Shown: piece by piece, positions 59,501-64,000 of the stretch
How the letters are laid out: every line of letters starts with the position of its first letter
Numbering within the stretch: position 1 is the first letter of the stretch
Assembly (NCBI RefSeq): GCF_011386835.1
Contig: NC_088812.1
Span: 13,082,001 to 13,146,000, forward strand
DNA from: Chrysemys picta bellii
Lineage: Eukaryota
Length of the DNA: 64,000 nt
Direction: 5' to 3'
The notes under the pieces: generated by a model
What the model was told of the DNA's origin: nothing
The model's input: the letters and a program-made list of their open reading frames with translations, nothing else
Databases searched by the model: none
Program-made: the position numbers and the translations under genes

Positions 59501-62500
59501 AGAAGGCCGTGACGGCGCTGAAGGCCAGTGGGGTGCAGGCCCAGATGGCGAAGGTAAGTGCCCCGGATGCCCCCTGCCCGCACGGAGATGGGCGTAGGAG
59601 GTCCCTTCCCCCGGACCCCCACCACCCTGGGGTGCCCCCCCCCCCCCGTGGTGCAGGTTTGTGACTCGCCCTGCAGCTGGTTGGGCGGCTTTGGGGGGGC
59701 AGCGAGCCGCCTGGAGAATCGGGGCCATGAGGTTCTCTCGGACCGGGGAGGGGGGGCGAACGGGGGCCGATCTCAGGCCAGGCCAGAGCCGTGGACGATT
59801 CTTCCTGGGCCAGACTTGGACTTTCCGTCCTGCCCCGGGACAGGGGAAAGTTCTGAAATCTGGGGGGTTGTCCCAGGACGGGGAGCCCGTCTCCCGGCTG
59901 CCCTCTGCTCCCTGGACGTCCCAGCCCTGGGCTCCCCCACAGCTCTGCCGGTGCCCCTCACTCCCGACCTGCAGCCCCCTGCTAGCCCAGCCCTGGGCTC
60001 CCCCCAGCTCTGCTGGTGCCCCTCACGGAGCCGCAGCCCCATAGGGCAGGGGAAGAGGAAGTAATTCCCCACACAGAGGCCAATTTCAGGGAAGGGGAGA
60101 CCCTGGAGGCCCCTTTGGAGGGCGCTGGGCAGCCCCTCACTGCCGTGTCTCCATAGCAACAGGAGCAGGACCCCACGAACCTGTACATCTCCAACCTGCC
60201 GCTCAGTGTGGACGAGCAGGAGCTGGAGGGGATGCTGAAACCCTTCGGACAGGTGATCTCCACCCGCGTCCTGCGCGACCCCAACGGCACCAGCCGCGGC
60301 GTCGGCTTCGCCAGGTCAGAGCCCCCCGCCCGGGCACCCCTGGGGGGAGGTGTTGGGGGGGGGCGGGTCATTGGCATGGGAGGAGACGGGGGTCGTTGGC
60401 ACTGGGGGACGTTGGCGCTGGGGGTTCTCGGCATGGGGATGTTGAAGGGGGAGGGGGTTGTTGGCACTGGGGGTTGTCGGCATGGGGATGTTGGCACGGG
60501 AGGGGGTCGTTGGCACTGGGGGACGTTGGCACTGGGGGTTCTCTGCATGGGGATGTTGGTGCGGGAGGGGGAGGGGGTCGTTGGTGCTGGGGGTTGTTGG
60601 CGCTGGGGGTTCTCGGCATGGGGATGTTGGCGCGGGAGGGGGACGGGGTCGTTGGCACTGGGGGATGTTGGCGCTGGGGGTTCTTGGCATGGGGATGTTG
60701 GAGGGGGAGGGAGTCGTTGGCACTGGGGGATGTTGGTGCTGGGGGTTCTCGGCATGGGGATGTTGGAGGGGGAGGGGGTCGTTGGCGTTGGGGGTTCTCG
60801 GCATGGGGATGTTGGAGGGGGAGGGGGACGTTGGCGCTGGGGGACGTTGGCGTTGGGGGTTGTCGGCATGGGGATGTTGGAGGAGGGGGAGGGGGTCGTT
60901 GGCGTTGGGGGTTCTCGGCATGGGAATGTTGGAGGGGGAGGGAGAGGGGGTCGTTGGCGCTGGGGGACGTTGGCGTTGGGGGTTGTTGGCATGGGGATGT
61001 TGGAGGGGGAGGGGGTCGTTGGCGTTGGGGGTTCTCGGCATGGGGATGTTGGAGGGGGAGGGGGTCGTTGGCGCTGGGGGACGTTGGCGTTGGGGGTTCT
61101 CGGCATGGGGATGTTGGAGGGGGAGGGAGAGGGGGTCGTTGGCGCTGGGGGACGTTGGCGTTGGGGGTTGTTGGCATGGGGATGTTGGAGGGGGAGGGGG
61201 TCGTTGGCGTTGGGGGTTCTCGGCATGGGGATGTTGGAGGGGGAGGGGGTCGTTGGCGCTGGGGGTCGTTGGCGTTGGGGGTTCTCGGCATGGGGATGTT
61301 GGAGGGGGAGGGGGTCGTTGGCGCTGGGGGTCGTTGGCGTTGGGGGTTCTCGGCATGGGGATGTTGGAGGGGGAGGGGGTCGTTGGCGCTGGGGGACGTT
61401 GGCGTTGGGGGTTCTCGGCATGGGGATGTTGGAGGGGAAGGGGGTCGTTGGCGTTGGGGGTTCTCGGCATGGGGATGTTGGAGGGGAAGGGGGTCGTTGG
61501 CGTTGGGGGTTCTCGGCATGGGGATGTTGGAGGGGGAGGGGGTCGTTGGCGTTGGGGGTTCTCGGCATGGGGATGTTGGAGGGGGAGGGGGTCGTTGGCG
61601 TTGGGGGTTCTCGGCATGGGGATGTTGGAGGGGGAGGGGGTCGTTGGCGCTGGGGGACGTTGGCATTGGGGGTTGTCGGCATGGGGATGTTGGAGGTGGG
61701 GGAGGGGGTCGTTGGCGCTGGGGGACGTTGGCGTTGGGGGTTCTCGGCATGGGAATGTTGGAGGGGGAGGGAGAGGGGGTCGTTGGCGCTGGGGGACGTT
61801 GGCGTTGGGGGTTGTTGGCATGGGGATGTTGGAGGGGGAGGGGGACGTTGGCGCTGGGGGACGTTGGTGTTGGGGGTTGTCGGCATGGGGATGTTGGAGG
61901 GGGAGGGGGTCGTTGGCGCTGGGGGACGTTGGCGTTGGGGGTTGTCGGCATGGGGATGTTGGAGGGGGAGGGGGTCGTTGGCGCTGGGGGACGTTTGTGT
62001 TGGGGGTTGTCGGCATGGGGATGTTGGAGGGGGACGGGGTCGTTGGCACTGGGGGATGTTGGCGCTGGGGGTTGTCGGCATGGGGATGTTGGAGGGGGAG
62101 GGGGTCGTTGGCGCTGGGGGACGTTTGTGTTGGGGGTTGTCGGCATGGGGATGTTGGAGGGGGACGGGGTCGTTGGCACTGGGGGATGTTGGCGCTGGGG
62201 GTTGTCGGCATGGGGATGTTGGAGGGGGAGGGGGTCGTTGGCGCTGGGGGACGTTGGTGTTGGGGGTTCTCGGCATGGGGATGTTGGAGGGGGAGGGGGT
62301 CGTTGGCGCTGGGGGACGTTGGCGTTGGGGGTTCTCGGCATGGGGATGTTGGAGGGGGAGGGGGTCGTTGGCGCTGGGGGACGTTGGCGTTGGGGGTTCT
62401 TGGCATGGGGATGTTGGAGGGGGAGGGGGTCGTTGGCGCTGGGGGACGTTGGGGGTTGTTGGCATGGGGATGTTGGAGGGGGAGGGGATCGTTGGCGCTG

Positions 62501-63499
62501 GGGGACGTTGGCGTTGGGGGTTCTCGGCATGGGGATGTTGGTGCGGGAGGGGGAGGGGGTCGTTGGCGCTGGGCTCAGGCCTTCTGTCCCCTCACAGAAT
62601 GGAGTCCACAGAAAAGTGCGAAGCCATCATCACCCACTTCAACGGGAAATACATCAAGACCCCCCCAGGGATCCCAGGTGGGCGGCAGGGCCTCGCGGTG
62701 CGGCACCCAAGGGGGAACCCGGGCAGCAGGAGCCGGGCAGGGGGCTGTTATATAATGACTCTCCTGGGGGATGGGACCCTTCCCTTCCCTTCCCTTCCCT
62801 TCTGGGTTTAACTCCTGCCAGGCCGAACTCGGGAACAATGGGGACAGGAAGGGGGTGCAGGGAGCCCAGGGCTGGGCTAGCAGGGGGGCTGCGAGTCGGG
62901 AGCAGGGGGGCCATGGATTGGGGGGGCCCTGGCAGAGCATGGGGGGAGCCCAGGGCTGGGCTAGCAGGGGCTGTGGGTCAGGAGTGAGGGGCACCGGCAG
63001 AGATGGGGAGGGGAGCCCAAGGCTGGGCTAGCAGGGACTGCGGGTCGGGATTGGGGGGCCCTGGCAGAGCGTGGGGGGAGCCCAGGGCTGGGCTAGCAGG
63101 GGGGCTGCGAGTTGAGAGCAGGGGGGCCATGGGTTGGGATTGGGGGGGCCCTGGCAGAGCGTGGGGGGAGCCCAGGGCTGGGCTAGCAGGGGCTGTGGGT
63201 CAGGAGTGAGGGGCACCGGCAGAGATGGGGAGGGGAGCCCAAGGCTGGGCTAGCAGGGACTGCGGGTCGGGATTGGGGGGCCCTGGCAGAGCGTGGGGGG
63301 AGCCCAGGGCTGGGCTAGCAAGGGGGGTGCGGGATGGGAGCAGGGGGGGCTGGGGGTCGGGCGTGACGCCTGCCTCTGTCTCTGGGCAGCCCCCTCAGAT
63401 CCGCTGCTTTGCAAGTTTGCCGACGGGGGGCAGAAGAAGCGCCAGCCGCAGGGGAAGTACGTGCAGAACGGGCGGGCCTGGCCGCGGGACGGCGACTCG
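44527..63499 (+). CDS. RBMS2: RNA-binding motif single-stranded-interacting protein 2, 5' part; exons 44527-44592, 56211-56392, 58571-58629, 59462-59553, 60157-60314, 62598-62677, 63390-63499; continues beyond the window
   Basis: [22 protein letters not shown]|[14 protein letters not shown]...[13 protein letters not shown]...|[13 protein letters not shown]...|[10 protein letters not shown]...|[15 protein letters not shown]...|[14 protein letters not shown]...|[14 protein letters not shown]. Two RRMs; the N-terminus is RBMS2-type. Exon phases 0/2/1/0/2/1/0 are consistent. Confidence 0.95.
48430..48690 (-). mobile_element. CR1-type 3' UTR fragment
   Basis: GGGGTCAGGAAGGAATTT...CAGATTGGCAGAGACCCTG resembles reversed reptile CR1 3' UTRs (from memory). 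Confidence 0.5.
50325..50620. mobile_element. Decayed MITE of the same second family
   Basis: GCCGCCAACC...CATTGGCAACGC ends; internal similarity to 26910-27205. Confidence 0.55.
53641..53745. mobile_element. hAT (Blackjack-like) MITE, copy 3, inserted into a minisatellite unit
   Basis: Same TIRs; flanks CTGCCGGT / TTGCCGGT (7/8). Confidence 0.85.
56211..56392 (+). CDS. RBMS2: RBMS2 exon 2 (Asn/Ser/Gly tract and start of RRM1)
   Basis: CAGCAG|CCT acceptor; CC|GTACGC donor. Confidence 0.93.
56480..57040. repeat. Two adjacent minisatellites in RBMS2 intron 2 (G-rich then C-rich)
   Basis: ATGGGGGGCGGGAGATGGGGGGTGTCCCACGTGGG and CCCCCCAGCACTCCCAGCCCCCCCATCTCCCTG units. Confidence 0.85.
58571..58629 (+). 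CDS. RBMS2: RBMS2 exon 3
   Basis: CCAG|ATACGGCAAA...AAAG|GTGAGG, 59 nt. Confidence 0.93.
58730..59280. repeat. About 65-bp tandem repeat in RBMS2 intron 3
   Basis: CCCCACCCCAGAGCCAGCCGCATCTCC...GGGGTCCCCATATACCCAACCCCTG. Confidence 0.9.
59462..59553 (+). CDS. RBMS2: RBMS2 exon 4
   Basis: CCAG|GCTACGGC...AAG|GTAAGT, 92 nt. Confidence 0.94.
60157..60314 (+). CDS. RBMS2: RBMS2 exon 5 (RRM2)
   Basis: CATAG|CAACAG...GCCAG|GTCAGA, 158 nt. Confidence 0.94.
60340..62575. repeat. 2.2-kb modular G-rich minisatellite in RBMS2 intron 5
   Basis: Modules GTTGGCG(C/T)TGGGGG, TTCTCGGCATGGGGAT and GTTGGAGGGGGAGGGGGTC. Confidence 0.97.
62598..62677 (+). CDS. RBMS2: RBMS2 exon 6
   Basis: CACAG|AATGGAG...CCAG|GTGGGC, 80 nt. 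Confidence 0.94.
63390..63499 (+). CDS. RBMS2: RBMS2 exon 7
   Basis: GGCAG|CCCCCTCAGAT...TCG|GTGAGA, 110 nt. Confidence 0.92.
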
Positions 63500-64000
63500 G
63501 TGAGACCGGCTCCCTGGGGTGGGAATCGGCCCCTCGCCCAGCCTGGGACCCCCAGCCGCTCTCTGGCCCTGGATGGAGGGGGCTATGGGATCCCTTCTCT
63601 AGGGGTACGGCTCTGTGCCCCAGGGTTGCCGGGCGCCCGGTCGAAAAGGGACCTGGCAACTCCGGTCAGCACCGCCGGCCGGGCCGTTAACAGTCCCGTC
63701 AGCGGCACAGCCGGGCTAAGACAGGCTCCCTCCTGCCCTGGCGCCGCGCAGCTCCCGGAAGCAGCCGGCACGTCCGGCTCCTGGGCGCAGGGGCAATCAG
63801 GGAAGCTCCACGTGCTGCCCCTGACCCCAGCGCCGCCCCCGCAGCTCCCATTGGCCGGGAACTGCGGCTAATGGGAGCTGCGGGGGCGGCGCCTGCGGGC
63901 CTGGGCAGCGCGGAGCCAGGGCAGGTGGGGAGCCTGCCTTAGCCCTGCCGCACCGCCGACCCGGAGCCTGAGGTAAGCGCCGCCCGGCTGGAGCCCACAC

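Noticed and set aside
59982-62987. Six ORFs of 696-867 aa in all frames
   Set aside because: They arise from a stop-poor G-rich minisatellite inside RBMS2 intron 5 and are not independent genes. Only the exon-to-exon frame continuity is kept as a finding.

Overview
GC-rich vertebrate genomic DNA, most likely a turtle: there is a tRNA-Lys-derived tortoise-type SINE with a CR1 tail, plus turtle-style CR1 and Penelope fragments. It is not prokaryotic, so most entries in the ORF track are artefacts of G/C-rich tandem repeats. Four spliced genes can be rebuilt by hand with GT-AG introns and continuous frames. MIP/AQP0 is on the minus strand (4 exons, 263 aa). Directly upstream on the same strand is a second aquaporin with the features of AQP14 (5 coding exons including a 15-nt first exon, 278 aa). 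SPRYD4 is on the plus strand (2 exons, 212 aa). The first 7 coding exons of RBMS2 are on the plus strand and the gene runs off the right end. The most unusual observations are: (1) the last intron of AQP14 is filled by a tandem repeat that copies its own 3' splice site, giving about 18 stop-containing decoy acceptors; (2) RBMS2 intron 5 (2,283 nt) is frame-preserving and stop-free; (3) two Penelope-derived minimal hammerhead ribozyme motifs with differing but paired stem II; (4) this AQP0 lacks His40 and Ser229/231/235; (5) GLS2 was not recognised between SPRYD4 and RBMS2. All coordinates were read by eye. Exon boundaries were checked by frame arithmetic; repeat boundaries are approximate.
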